Shown in pieces: positions 1 to 13,114 of a stretch of 64,000 nucleotides of DNA (the first letter of the stretch is position 1; every line of letters begins with the position of its first letter). Origin of the DNA: Camelus ferus (Eukaryota); the NCBI RefSeq assembly GCF_009834535.1, contig NC_045697.1:110300001-110364000 (forward strand), written 5' to 3'. The notes beneath the pieces were generated by a model. It did not search any database. It was given only the letters and a program-made list of their open reading frames with translations, and had not been told where the DNA came from. A program made the position numbers and the translations under genes.

Positions 1-1841
1 CTCTTTTGTAGCATCCTATTGATTTCCCTCAACCAGCTGATTTAAGGATATTGAAGGACATATTTATTTAAGTGACTTTTGCAGGTTCAAGTCTCTTATG
101 GGTCCAGAGAACTTTTTCAAAGTCTTTTAAGAAGCTAATAAGAGCTCCAGACCACGGCTGTCAGCTCTACCAGGGCAGCAAAGCACTGGCTGTTTGTCAA
201 TATAAATGCAAAACAGGGCACAGAAAAAAATCCTAAAGGGCTCCTTATTGAAAGAATAAATGCATGAATACGTGGACAGCACATATCGTGACAACTTCCA
301 AAATGGAGGAAATTGCTTTTTCTAGTATTTTTGAAAATAGTCATTTTAGTTTGAAGTTTTAGGTCCACCTTGAAACATGCACGGCTTCCCTAGTTAGGAT
401 TCCCTAAGCACCAGCAACATGTGGAAGCATGCTACTTTTAAGAGGGGGTTGATGGAAAATCGTAATGGATCTGCAGAGAGGTGACGTGGCCTGTCTGAAG
501 GCCCAGCAGAAGTAGGTTCAGAGCAATTGCTCAAGGTCACTGCAAGGAGAGAGACGGCGTGACTGGGCATGAAGTAACTGGAACATGTAGAAATTCATAA
601 ACTCTTCTTGATACTGTTTTGACAAGCAAAGCTGTGTCAAAGTCTCTCTTCTTTTTTAAACTCCATTCCTCAGCTATTGTTTCACCACATATACCAGCTT
701 CTTTTTAAGAAGATCTGTTCTCAGAATGATTGTTTTCAAATGACTTAAAGCTGGACTTCTTAAGCAGCCTGATAGCCATGGGGGACTTTTTTCCCTTGGT
801 CAAAACTAAGCTATTTTGAAAGCTCATCGGTCATTCTGAAGCTCATTTGTATCATGTGACATCATACAATAAATGCTTTATAAATAATTTGTTTTTCACA
901 AAGTCAATAACTAATTACCAGTTCGTGCCCTATAAATAAATCAATATTGAAAAGTAAGTTTAAGTGGATTCATCACCGAAACGATTAGCTGCCCAGAGAG
1001 CAAGCCCTGGGGTTACTACTTGGCTGAGTTGCTCTCTTTACATTTCTTTTTAAAACTGCCTCCCCACCCCTCCATCATTATTATGATAAAATATGGAAAT
1101 AGAAAAGGTGAGGCTAGGGTAGCCCAAGAAGTGACTTTAAAAAGCATTGATTCTAGAAAATGTTTTTGGCTTTTGAAGTGTTGAGAATACGAAGCCGTTT
1201 CAAGGACCCAGAACAGAATTCACAGGAAGTCCGGGGGGCAGCCTCACGACGACAGAAGTTGCACATAACTCATGTTATTGCTGTGAGCAATAAGCCAAAA
1301 AGTATTTGCAGAATGAAAAATGGCACTGATCCCGTTTGCAGCTCCACTGGTTTAAGTGTTTGAAGCAATTTAACATTGTCTCTGACACCAAATTTTCCTT
1401 CTTAGTCTCTTTCAAGGATCCTTACCATTGAAAAAAACAAATTGAGTTTGCAAGGCAAAGGGCCACAGTGAGGACTGCTGTGTCCAGGCTGGAGGCCAGT
1501 CCCAGAAGAAATCCAGGTCCTTCCTTCCCCTTCACACTCCCCAAGCTCCATACGAATCGGTTACACTTGGCTAAGTTATCTGGGTTACTTTTGACTTGCT
1601 TGTACACACAGTGCAATTCTGGCTGGCCCAGGGAGTCTGGGGTGGTCTATTCTTAATAAAACACCCCCAATTTGGGTGCAATAAAAAAGATTTTCATGAC
1701 TGCTGAGCCCAGACAAAACACAATTATCTGTTGCCTGGTAAGGTTGAAAGTCAAAATAAACCATCACAGGAAACAAACAAGTAGCTGACTGTAAAGCCAA
1801 AGTGATGCAGGAAAAATGGCTGTACACCATGAGGAAGGCCA

Positions 1842-2464
1842 TGTCCCAGCTCTCAGCTGAGTCCCTGGGACGTGCCCCACCAAGTGTGGGTCCTTGGCTT
1901 CACTCAGGAAAGAATTCAAGAGTGAGCCACAATTGAGTAAAGGTAGATTTACTTAGAGAGATACATACTGCACAGAGTGTAGGCTGTTTCAAAAGGCAAG
2001 AGAAAAGCCACGAGGTGTGGGGATTGAGTGCTCAGATTAGAGTAAAAGTAGGTACACACTCCATAGACAGTGCAGGCCTTCTCCAAAGAGGAGGGAGCAA
2101 AAAGGTGGCCAAGAGGCACCATGTTGCCATTTTTTATGGGCTCAGTAGCTTCATATGCTAGTACTTGGAAGGACCAGTCTAACTAACCTGGAGAAGGGGC
2201 TGCGCCTCCCAGGAAGTTGGCCATTTCCCACTGTTTGACTTTTTGTGGTTAGCCTTGGGACTGTCTTAGCGCCTGTGGGCAAGTTATTTACCATGCTAGT
2301 ATATTACAGTGGGCATATAATGAAGCTCAAGGTCTACTAGAAGTCATATCTCCCACCACCTTGAATCTCAAGGTCTCTTGGGAGTTGAATCTTCCACCAT
2401 TTTGGTGTTAATTGCCACATCATTCCTTGAATGGCTGTGCCCTGCCCCCTTCCTTCCTGTCTCA
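1842..2464 (-). mobile_element. Probable ERV solo LTR
   Basis: TG...CA ends and ERV-LTR-like composition (ggcttcactcaggaaagaattcaagagtgagcca, ttttatggg). No TSD found, so the ends are approximate. Confidence 0.6.
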
Positions 2465-2604
2465 AAAGGAGTGGAGATGACCTCACTCCAGAAGGTCAGC
2501 CACGCTCTGTCCACATGGCAGGGGGCCGGGGGCCAAAGACACCTGCAAGAGAGAGCAGTTGGAGCCTGTGCACCCTGATGAGTTTTCAGCTCCCGTCATA
2601 AAGT

Positions 2605-3752
2605 GGTTTATTTCTATCTTTGCTGAAGTATAATTGACAGATGAAAATTATAAAGATGTAAGGTGTACAATTTGACATTTTGAGATAAATAAACATTGTG
2701 AAATAATCAAGCCAATTAACATTCCCAGAACCTCACATAGTTACCATTTTCTTTCTTCTTTGTGTTTTTTGGATGTGATGAGAACAGTTAAGATCAACCC
2801 TTTTAGCAAATTTCAGTATACAATATAGCATTGTTAACTAGAGTCACATTGCTGTACATTAGTTCTCCAGAATTTACTCATTTGGCATCACTGAAACTTT
2901 GTACCCCTTGACCTAACATCTCCCCATTTTCACCGTCCTCCAGCCCTGGCAACCACCATTCTACTCTCTACGTCTGTGAGCTTTTGACTACTTCAGATCT
3001 TCCATATGAATGCAATCATTCAGTATTTTCTTTTCGTGAATGACTTTTGCACTTAGCATAATGGCTTCTGGATTCATCCATGTTGCTGCAAACAGCTGAA
3101 TTTCTTTCTTTTTTAAAGCTAAGTAGTATTCTATTTGCTCTCTCTCTCTTTCTATCTCTGTCTCTATCACCTTTTCATCCAATGGATGAATTTCATTATC
3201 CATTATTCCACTGACAGACATTTAAGTTGTTTCCATATCTTGGCTACTGTGAATAGTGCTGCATGAACAAGGGAGTGCAGACATCTCTTAGGAGATGCTG
3301 ATCACATTTTCTTTGGGAAATATAGCCAGAAGGGGGATTACTGGATCACATGGCAGTTCTATTGTTAATACTTTGAGAAACCTCCATACTGTCTTCCATA
3401 GTGGCTGGAATTTACATTCCCACCCACAGTGCACAGGCATGCTCTTTTTTCTACACCTCTACAGTACTTGTTATCTTTTGGCATTTTGATAACAGCCATT
3501 CTGAAGGTGTGAGATGGGACCTCATTGTGGTTTTGATTTGCACTTCCCTGGTGATGAGTGATGGTGAGCATATTTTCATGTACCTGTTGGCCATCTGTAC
3601 GGCTCCTCTTTAAGAAGGTCCTTTGCCTGCTTGTCTGTTTTTGCTCTTGTTGCTTGTTCTTTTGGTATCAAATCCAAAATCATGGCCCAATCCAACATCA
3701 AGAAACTTTTTCCCTATGTTATCTTCTATTAGTTTTACAGTTTCCAGTTTTA
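2605..3752 (-). mobile_element. LINE-1 (L1MA-like) ORF2 3' end plus 3'UTR, degenerate
   Basis: Minus-strand peptides FAATWMNPEAIMLS and ETVKLIEDNIGKKFLDVGLGHDF are typical L1 ORF2 C-terminal sequence, followed by an L1 3'UTR. Confidence 0.85.
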
Positions 3753-4925
3753 AGATCACAAAATGTTCATCTAAAATGTCAACTTTCCACATTCAGCCAT
3801 TTGTCGTGCAGATAAAATTTCCAGCAGTTTGGATAAAGTGGCCAACACGCAAGTCCCCTGAGAGATAAACTGTGTAATTAAGCACTTTTTTAATATACAC
3901 AAGATGGTCTTTCTAATACTAACGTCAGCATAAATGTTGAAATTCATATAATGTGGATATTGGAAAACGCTCACACAGCCTTTCAATGTAAACAGGCCTT
4001 AGATGCTCCCAGGACTCGCTGGCCATTCTTTGCCTTCTTGAATTTCCATCGTTCTGTTTTGTGCTGAAAACCTGCCACCTCCAACATATTCAATCAGACG
4101 CAAACAGTAGGCCAGACATAGTAGAGATGATTCTTCACGTGATATGTCGTCAGCAGCTAATTAACATTCTCCAAATCTCGGGGTTTTCATTTCTTGCCAG
4201 TAATGGGGAATTATTCCCTGAAAGAATCTCTCTACTGCATATGGGCATATGGAGATGTTGTCTGGAGTCTGCAAAACAGATTCAATAATTCCAACTTTCT
4301 GATTTTAGCCGAGTATAATGGTGCACTACAGGTCTGCTTTCCCTGCCCTCAACCAACACACAACCATAGTTTAACATCACTGCCCTGGTGTGCTCAAATT
4401 TTCCTACTTTGCCCACAGAAAATTAAGCACCTGTCCCTTGGGAAATGCACAGACATTCTAGTTATGTGCAAAGTACCAGCCCAATGCTCTTCCGTAGTTG
4501 CCCCTGTGAGCTGGGTACAGTTCTCGCTTTAAAACTGCAGGAAAGGCACTTCATTCCCACACATTGGATTCCTTTTTGCACATTCATTCTCACATTTACA
4601 AATCTCCCACAGGCAGACAGTTTGCAGAGACCATATGGATAGGAAGACGTTGTGTCTTGTTTTGTAAATTCTTTCGCAAAACTGTGATATGGAGATTAAT
4701 GATTTCTCCAACCAAATGTTGTCAAGGGATGGGGTAAATTTTCCGGATAATTACAGCTGGCCCTATTTCCCATGAAAATACTCTTTATGATTTTTAATAT
4801 ATTTTTTGGTATACATATTTTAACGTATTACTTGCATCTTGCCTTTTAAATAAAGTCTGCTGAACCTAAACTTTCCCTGATTAATTTGTGATGCAGTTAG
4901 GAATGTCACTGACTCTTCAATTTCC
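3753..4925 (-). mobile_element. Highly decayed hAT-superfamily transposase fossil (Tip100/Zaphod-like)
   Basis: Collinear motif remnants on the minus strand: EES/SDI (~4920), NC/fs/PAHR (4522-4503), YIERLCERFP (3990-3961), LSKLLEI...AECGK..F*MN (3840-3765). Confidence 0.45.
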
Positions 4926-5640
4926 CTGTGCCTTCAGGGCCTGCTTAGGTGTATATGGGGCAGTTTTTCAGTACATAAAACATCCAAGATCAAATTTTCT
5001 AGGCTTTCTTTTTTTTTTATTTTAACATATTTTCTTGTCTCTTGGGTCCAGCTCTTGTTGCTTTCAATGTGTTAATTTCCGATAGCTCGTCCCCTTAACA
5101 GAGTCTGGATTAAGCCGTACTTGGCTGTGGTAGCACGTACCAAGACATTTATGAATCTCCACATTTGTGGCCATCCTGACACTTCATGATTTCACTCCTG
5201 ATATGTAGACGGGTCTACCTTCATAATTAGAAAACAAAATTTGGAGCTGTAAGTGCTGGTGATTGACAGGCTAACTCTCTGTTGGCCCCATGTGACATCT
5301 TCTCATGAACAGGATTCAAAACCTATAGTTAACAAAATTAAAAAGAGCCACAGTTTACACACTTCAAGAGTTATATCTGCAAATGAAAAGGATCGAATAC
5401 ATTGTATTTATGATTATATATCTACCATCATAAGTGACATTCGTGTCAACTCAAATAACTCCAGGAACCAGCAAATAATATCAACGTGTGAATCTGCCAA
5501 GTATAAGATAGCAGTGAGTAGGTGAAACTTGTAATACACATCCCTCTTAGTAATGCAGATGTCTTTAGAACGACTGCTGGCTCAGGCAAGCACAGATATG
5601 CAAGTCAAATGTGGCCTCTAGCCCATTATTATAGTTATTG

Positions 5641-6419
5641 TGTTGGAAAAATGTACAGTTCTCTTGTGTGTCTTTTTCACTAATCACACAAAACACTTCA
5701 CTTCTGATTTACCAAACATGTGGGCATCTCCCCCACCAATAAGCAACTCTATGCAACACCAGCTGGGCATCCAACAGTTTAACTCAGATCTGACTGCGAT
5801 CTACCTGGAGAGAGCATCAGACCCCACAGGTCAGGGGCTCAGTCCCACCAGACTGCCCCACTTCAGGTGCTGATACAAGTCCAGGTTGTCACCTGTGCTG
5901 AGGCTACAAGTCAGAGGTTCCCAGGGTCCCCTCCTCAGGTTCAAGTAAGTTGCTAGGGCAGCTCCCGGAACTCAGGACAACAGTTACTTACATTTCCCAC
6001 TTGATTAAAGGATATGATAAGGGATACAGATGAACCGCCAGGTGAAGAGGTACATAGAGGTCGGGAGGGTCCTAAGGGCAAGAGTTTCTGTCCCCATAGA
6101 GTTATGCTGTGTCACGCTCCTGATGTGTGGATCTGTTCAGCCACCTGGCGGCTCTCAGAAGCCCATACTTTTGGAATTTTTATGAAGGCTTTATCACATA
6201 GATATGATGGACCATGAACTCCATTCCAGCGCCTCTCCCATCTCTGGAGAAGGCTGAGGGCTGGGGGTGGGGTTGAAATTTCCAAGCTTCCAGTCATGGC
6301 TTGGGCTTCCTGGTTCCACCCAAGGTCACCTCATTAGAATAAAAGATGCTCCCAGTGCTCTTATCACATAGAACTTTACAAGGATTTTAGCAGCTCTGTG
6401 CCAGGAACTGGAGGCAGAA
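5641..6419 (-). mobile_element. MER21-family LTR
   Basis: Diagnostic segments cagaccccacaggtcaggggctcagtcccaccagactgccccacttcag and aaggattttagcagctctgtgccaggaac. Confidence 0.75.
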
Positions 6420-6500
6420 ATAAATAAATAAATAAATAAATAAATACACACATATATATATAAATAAACACACACACACACACACACATATACATCTATA
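6420..6500. repeat. Compound microsatellite (TAAA)n/(TA)n/(CA)n
   Basis: Seen directly. Confidence 0.9.
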
Positions 6501-7739
6501 TCTTGGGAGTTATCTTTTCTTCCAAGGTATGGTGAAAATGCTCTAGTAATTCTTTTCATTCTCCCATATTTTGGGGGACATTGGGGACACCCCAGAAGGA
6601 AGAAGTGTATGGAGGTTCTGAACAAGGGCCCCGCTCTCAGATTGTAAGGTTTCGCATCCTTTCTTCTCTAGTTGAGGTGGGAAAATCGCTGGCACGTTTC
6701 CCAAGCTCCCTGAGACTTGGCTTCCCCATTAGTCAAGTAGGATGGGAACAGCACTGCCTTCACAGAATAGATCTGAGGATTACAGGAAGACAGGTAGGGA
6801 AAGGTCCCAGAACAGGGCCTGGCAAATAGCAAATGCTCAGCGTGAGGGTCATCACACTCACCATCACCACAGCGTTATATCTGGCCTCCGAACGGATTTA
6901 TTTTCTTCATCCCATGATTCCTCGCAGCTTCGAGTTGAGTTGCCCCCAGGCCCTCCACCCAATGAATCAGTGGCATTTAGTGTTTTCAGGAGGAGACTGG
7001 GTAAGACCTAGAATAAGACATCAGTTAAGGTACTAAATTAATTTTCGTAAATCTGTAACAGAAAAAACAAAGGAGGAAGCAAGGCATTCACTTGCAGGAG
7101 TCTGGCTTTGTTAAGAGAGACAAGGACTTGAGTTTCCAAAGCTCCAGAGCGTGGAGCGCTTGGGCACTGAGTTCATGCTGTAAATCACACCGAGAGGAAG
7201 AAGACACAATGATGCACACACAGAGAAGAGAGGGCAGCCTTCCCGGGACGGGAGGGCCCGAAATGGAGAAGATGAGGGAGAGCAAAGGCATTTAGACACC
7301 AATAAAGCGGCCTCCCCGTGCCCCACCTGACCGCGTGCCTTGTCGTCTCCACCTAAATACCAGAAAGAGGCAGTGCCGAAATCCCCAACGTGTGCAGGTA
7401 TCTGAAAGCACAGGAGGCTGTGTCCCAGCGCCTGTCTGGAGTTCCAGGAGGGGAAGACAGCTTCCCAGAGGACCCTGTGACCCCCTGAGCCATGGGGGAG
7501 AAAAGTCCCTGGATCCCAGAGCCCCCAGCGGGAGGGAAGTGTGTGCGTGTCCAGGCGCGTGTGCGAAGGGACAGGGTCCGGAAATCTCTAGGTGACTGCG
7601 TTTTCTTCCTGACCTGACTGTACTCAAATCCGAAGTGACTGAGTTTTGTTGAGCTGGCAGGATGGTTTTCCTACTCCTAGGCAGAAACAGGGGCTTGAGA
7701 ACTGCGTTGAATGGCATAAAAATAAAGTTGAATAAAAAT

Positions 7740-7890
7740 GAAGTTGCCAAACTCAGTCTTGTGACTGACGATTGTGCGCGATCCTTCTCCGCTGTTGCTA
7801 TTTAGTAACTGACATCCCGGAAGCTGGCTTCGGTTCCTCCCCTTTGTTCTGGGTCGCTGGCTGCCAGCTGCAGTTACTAAGGAAACAAAA
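7740..7890. promoter_or_regulatory. Orphan promoter/enhancer-like element with RFX X-box and ETS motifs
   Basis: GTTACTAAGGAAAC (7873-7886), GTTGCTATTTAGTAAC (7794-7809) and CCGGAAG (7817-7823) within a locally CpG-enriched stretch (~7150-8170). Confidence 0.4.
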
Positions 7891-9400
7891 CCATGAACTT
7901 AGACAACTTTCAGTCTCTCCGTCCGGTCTGTACATCTGGCTTTTCTCTGCCACAGCCTACCCGCGGCACGTTGCAGCCATGCGGAAGGAAGAGGGTTTGA
8001 AGCCTCCGCTACCGCTACAGATCGAGCCTTGCTTGGCTTCTAACCTAAAATTGGTTCCCTCTGGGCAGATATACGGGTGCTGATTATGTGCTGAGCAGGT
8101 CAGTAAACGCCGTCTGTTGGCATCTCTGTTCAACCACGTCCTGCCCAGCGTCTTATGGGAACGGAAGCGCCCAGGGTTCTTCCAGTTGGCCATTTCTTCA
8201 CAACCCACACTTTGTATAGACCAAGTCAAAGTTTCAGAGATGCCTTGCTTTGACTTCTACTTCACCTCTCAAGCTAAGCTTTCTCAAGCTAACTCTTTCA
8301 GGTTAAAAGACTTCTGGAGGTTGATATGTATGTGAAAAGAATATATTTTTTTTGAAGCAAGAATTTTTCAATTGTATGGGAAAGGAAATATCAACCCAGA
8401 ACTGATTTCCAAGGGCCTCGGACAGATTTTTGTAAATGTGGGCTGAACTATGAAAGCCCTGGAATTAAGATGAAAAACATCAGCGTGAGTTTTGTTTGTT
8501 TGTTTTTGACTAGTGACATAGTGGATGTAGCCAAGTTACCCATTACAGCAGGAGCAGAAGCCCCTCCATCCAAAATGGACAGTGTTGTCAAGGAGGAGAA
8601 TGTCCAGTGTGGAGAGGGCAGCCCAGCAGAGTCACAAGGGAGTGAAGGTCCCAGCTGGGGGCATTTGTGCTGCTGGTGCTCTGGGTCGCACGTTTCACTG
8701 ACTAGTCCTGCTGTCCTGTGCCCTGGAGGGTCAGTGCAGATGCATTCCGAGTACGGCATGGCAGCTGCTCCTCTCTTTTGTCTTCTCCTCTCGGAGGCAA
8801 TAAGCTGTTTCATTGACTGGGGCACCAAGACAGGGAATTAAGGTGTGCATAAACACGAATGAGAAGCAGAGAAGATGAGGAAATCCAGGAGAAAACCCCA
8901 ATCTGTCTTGAAATCCTTGTTCACCCCAAGCATGAATGCCAGCATTGTGCCAGCCAAATCCTGGGATCCAAAAATAGGAACCAACCTCATCAAGCACTCA
9001 GACCATCCTGTATTCAGTCACCTTGAGGGAGAATGTTGTTATTTGTGACCTGTGGTTCCTACTGCTGCTGTGAACCTTTAGATTTAAATCTGCGGAAACT
9101 ATCAGTTGCTTGATGGTGAAAAGACATTTGTCCTCTCACGTTCTTTCCCTCTGTACCCCTTAGTCACATTCATAACCTAACTAACTAGTCACTGAAATAA
9201 CTCTTGCACTTGGTGAGGACGACAGGAAAAACAAATATCTAATGTAGAAATATGGGGAGAAAAATTTCAAGATAGAGGTAAAATTCAGGGAGATAATATG
9301 GGGGTTCTTCATCCAGCTGACCCCTTCCTAACCGAAGTTTCTCCGTCAGCACTCAGCAGACAAGCGCAGGGAGCAGCGCTCAACTCTGCAGGGATGCCCA

Positions 9401-9565
9401 AGCTGTCCCGTATGGCAGCCGTCCCTACGTGAGACCATTGAGCACTTGAAATGTGTCTTGTGTGAATGAGGACCTGTCTAGTTTTATTTTATTTTAGTGA
9501 ATTAACATTTAAAATTAAACAGCCATAGGAGTCTAAGGGCTACCGTGTTGAATCACATTGCTCCA
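9401..9565. mobile_element. MER3-like hAT-Charlie MITE
   Basis: gctgtcc...attgagcacttgaaatgtg...gctaccgtgttg pattern. Confidence 0.6.
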
Positions 9566-11139
9566 GAGGATTTCCAAACCTTGCTTATGAAAACACTGCT
9601 CCTTTAGAAAAGGCAAAGCTCCAAGGGGGTGGGAAAGAAAGGGGCCCCAGTGCCAGGCAGAGGCAAAAGGTGGGCCACCACATTTGACCTTGCTGGTGAC
9701 CATGTTTGGAGCCTCTGAGGACTCCAGAAGCTGACACTGGGAGAATAGAAATGGGCTGAGATACCCTTTATGATTCTCGTCCAGGCTCATGAGAATTTGA
9801 CTCTATTCATCGTGTGTAATTGTAGTTTCTCCCTTCCTGTAGACATTTTTCTCATTTGGTGAAGTGTTGGTTGCTAGGAGACTGAATTGCCTTTTCAAGT
9901 AGAGTATTTCAGAGAGAAACAATTCACATGATTTTCTTCTTTAGTAAAATGAAAATGTGTACACTGTTTGCAATGTGTAGGGGAAAAGTCAAGCTTTTAC
10001 ATTTCTTTGTGTCTTTGTTTTAGCAATCACTGAATCTTTCATTTACTTTTCCCACTGCTTCGTGCAGCAAGAAAGAAAACAAAACCTGGCTGCTTTTTCT
10101 GTAGAATTTATTAAGAGAAACATTCCTTGGCTTCCTCCCAGGGATGGTGAGGTGATATCCAGCCTGCTTACCTCACAAGGGAGCTGTGAGTGAGAATCAA
10201 AAATAATAACACTTATAATAGAAATGGAAATTGTAAAGCATCATCCACCAAAAATGTGTTAGTATTGCACTCAGCAGCTCATGGTTTTATCCAATGATTT
10301 CTTCTGACTCTGATTTTCATAAATTGTCAAAAATCAGTCCGTCTGACCACATCATCTAATAAATGAAGAAACCACAACTTGGAGAAATGAATACATTCTT
10401 CCAGCCTTCTACAAAGATTTCATTATTCCACACTGATTTCTTAGAGGATGTGAACAAAACTCTTTTAAATGTTCAGGCTGACTTTTGTAATCACTGTTGA
10501 CAACCACGGAACCCCGGAAAAAGAGCTGTGTGAATGAAATTAAGATTTCCTATATAACTCACCTAATACAATGTCTGATGTTCAAGTGCTCAACAAAAAA
10601 TAGCTATTAATTAATAATAGTAATGATGATAATAACTTAGCTAGTGAAGAGCTTTTCTTTCACATTTCTTGGCAATTGCTTTAAAAATTCAGTGATAGTA
10701 ATTTTTTTTTTCACCAACTAACAGAATCCTCTGAGTCTTGTTGGAGAAATTTGACGACATTAATTAATAGTCAGAAGCTAAGGAGTTTCCTTCCCTTTTT
10801 GTGTATCTGATCAACAGAACAGTTCACCATGCAGGGAATAGGAACATTTAATTTAGAAGGAAAGATTTTATCATGCAAAAACTTCTGTAGCTGAAAGCTC
10901 TGTATGATCCTTATATTGAATGCCATATTTCCCCAGGTGAATTATGGTTTTGAAGAGCCCAAACTCCTTAGAAAGTGTCAGCTCTGGCACGTACCCTGGA
11001 GGGCGTCTTCCACAAAGGAACTAGCATAAAACAAGTACTTGGATGCAGTCATGCTCCTCAAGGCGACACTAGCTGACAGACAGCATCCCACAGGCAGAGG
11101 AGCTGGCTGCACGCTGTTGCAATATCTCTGGACCCACTC

Positions 11140-11300
11140 GGAGGTTCTCAGCCCTGGCTGTGCTTTAGAGCAGCTGGGAGCTTTTATAATCACCTAGACC
11201 TCCCCCCTGGCCCATCAGTGTTGTCTCTGGGAAGTGAGGCAGGTCCAGGCAGCTTTTAAATCTTTCAGGGTGAATCCAGTGTGCAGCAGTGTTAAGAACA
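11140..11300. mobile_element. MER5-like MITE
   Basis: ggttctcagccctggctg...ttaagaac termini typical of MER5A/B. Confidence 0.5.
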
Positions 11301-12174
11301 GGGTCTTAAGGCATTTTGATTTCCAGTTTCTCTGACTTAAAACAAGCACTTCCAGGTCCACAGCACCACCCTGGCCCCAGCTTAAAGAGCTGTGCGATCA
11401 AAAGTCCTCTGCATCATCTAACAAGAGATTGCTACCAGAAGGTCCGCACAGAATCTCCCAGCGGCCCATCGTCCTCCTACCCCCACCCCCAATCCCCCCC
11501 GCCCTACTCTCCTCCCGCCCCCTGCCCCCCACGCCTTGTTCCTGTTCTCCCTCCCTTGCATTCTTCTTTCCCTTACTCAAACCTTTTTCCCTGCCTCTCT
11601 CCTCACTCTCTCATTTCTGCTCCGAGAATATCCTCTTTGATCCTCCTTCTTTTTCTTCCTTTTCCCACTTTCTGTCAGTTTATCTCAAGGATATTTCTTT
11701 TGTTCCATTTCTTATTACATATTTGTTCCATTTGTGAGCCAAGCTAAAAGCCCGGTGGGGGGTGGGGGTGGGGTGAGTCGGGGGTGGGGGAAGGCAACTG
11801 TCCAGACTTAAGTAGAAACGCTGAGAAGAAACAGGTTCAAAAGGAATCACTGCCACCGACTTTGAAAGCCCTTGAAAGTAGCCACAAGTCCCATTTGGAA
11901 TCTCTTCATCCTCCGCTAATTAGACTTGCTTTTCCTTAAGCACCAGCGTTCAAAACAACACACTGTTTTGTTTTTAATGTAGTTTAAAGCTCTTCTCTTT
12001 CAATTAAGGGCATTGGAACATTACTCTGCTATTTTTCATTGCTTTCAGATTCAATTCTCCCGTTCAGTAGCTGGATGTTCGCATTCCCTGGGGCAGCAAA
12101 GTGGGAGATGGAGAAATTTAAGCTGTGAAAGAAAAACTGGTTTGAGCTCATCAAGACTGAGAGTAAAGCCATTA

Positions 12175-12322
12175 GTAATAACTAACTAATAATGTCCACG
12201 TGACATCCTTTGCTCTCTGGAATCATTTGAAGATCTCCCACCTTGGTCGTTTTAGGGAGATGCTCACAAATTTATTTAGCTTTATTAGAAGTAAAATGCA
12301 TGCTGAAAAGCATTGGTTTCTG
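12175..12322 (+). repeat. Left arm of a 148-bp inverted duplication (partner 17577-17724)
   Basis: Ungapped alignment to the reverse complement of 17577-17724, 127/148 identical by hand count. Confidence 0.92.
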
Positions 12323-13096
12323 CACAGTAACAGAAACTCTCAACAAAATAAAAAGTCAACTTATGAATGGGAGAAAATAATTGCAAATCATGTATCTGGT
12401 AAGAGGTTAGTGTCCAAAATATGTAAAGAACTTATACAACTCAAGAAAAAAAATCCAATTAAAAATGGGCAGAAGCTCTGAATAGATATTTTTTCAAAGA
12501 AGATGTATAGATAGTCAACAGACACATGAAAAGATGCTCAGCATCATTAATGATCGGGGAAATGTAAATCAAAATTGCAATGAAATATCACCTCACACCA
12601 GTCAGAATGGCTATTACCAAAAAGACAAGAAACAACAAGTCTTGGTGAGGATGTGAAGAAAAGGGAACACTTGTACACTGTTGATGGGAATGCAAATTGG
12701 TGCAAACCTTATAGAAAACAGTACGGAGTTTCCTCAAAAAAGTTAAAGATAGAATTACCATATGATCCAGCAATTCCACTTCTGGGTATTTGTCTGAAGA
12801 AAGAAAAACGCAAACTCAAAAAGAATCACTTGGTGGTTGCAAGAGGCAGGGGTAGAGAAATGGGAGAAATGAATGAACTTTTTTTTTAGTTTAAATAATT
12901 TTTTTTTTTAAAAAAGGAAATGGCTACTTCACATAAAAGGCAAAGATTGTTAGACTAGATAAAAAAGCAAAATGCAACTAACTATATGCTGCCCCAAATG
13001 AGGCCACTTTAAATATAAGCATACAATTAAGTTAAAAGTAAAAGGATAGAAAAAGATACCAAGCTGACAGTAATCAAAGAAACCTGGGGTGGCTAT
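12323..13096 (+). mobile_element. Composite LINE-1 ORF2 fragments
   Basis: Peptides YEWEKIIANHVSGKRLVSKICKEL and [17 protein letters not shown], then an endonuclease-region fragment at ~12920-13096. Confidence 0.85.
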
Positions 13097-13114
13097 GTGA
13101 AAACATACACACAT

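Noticed and set aside
7292..8841. Longer ORFs (152, 126, 123 and 103 aa) in the GC-richer region as possible DCHS2 or novel CDS
   Set aside because: No cadherin motifs or recognisable domains. Overlapping ORFs on both strands are expected from GC content.
11316..11747. 143-aa proline-rich ORF
   Set aside because: Product of low-complexity C/T tracts, with a non-ATG start and no splice or homology support.
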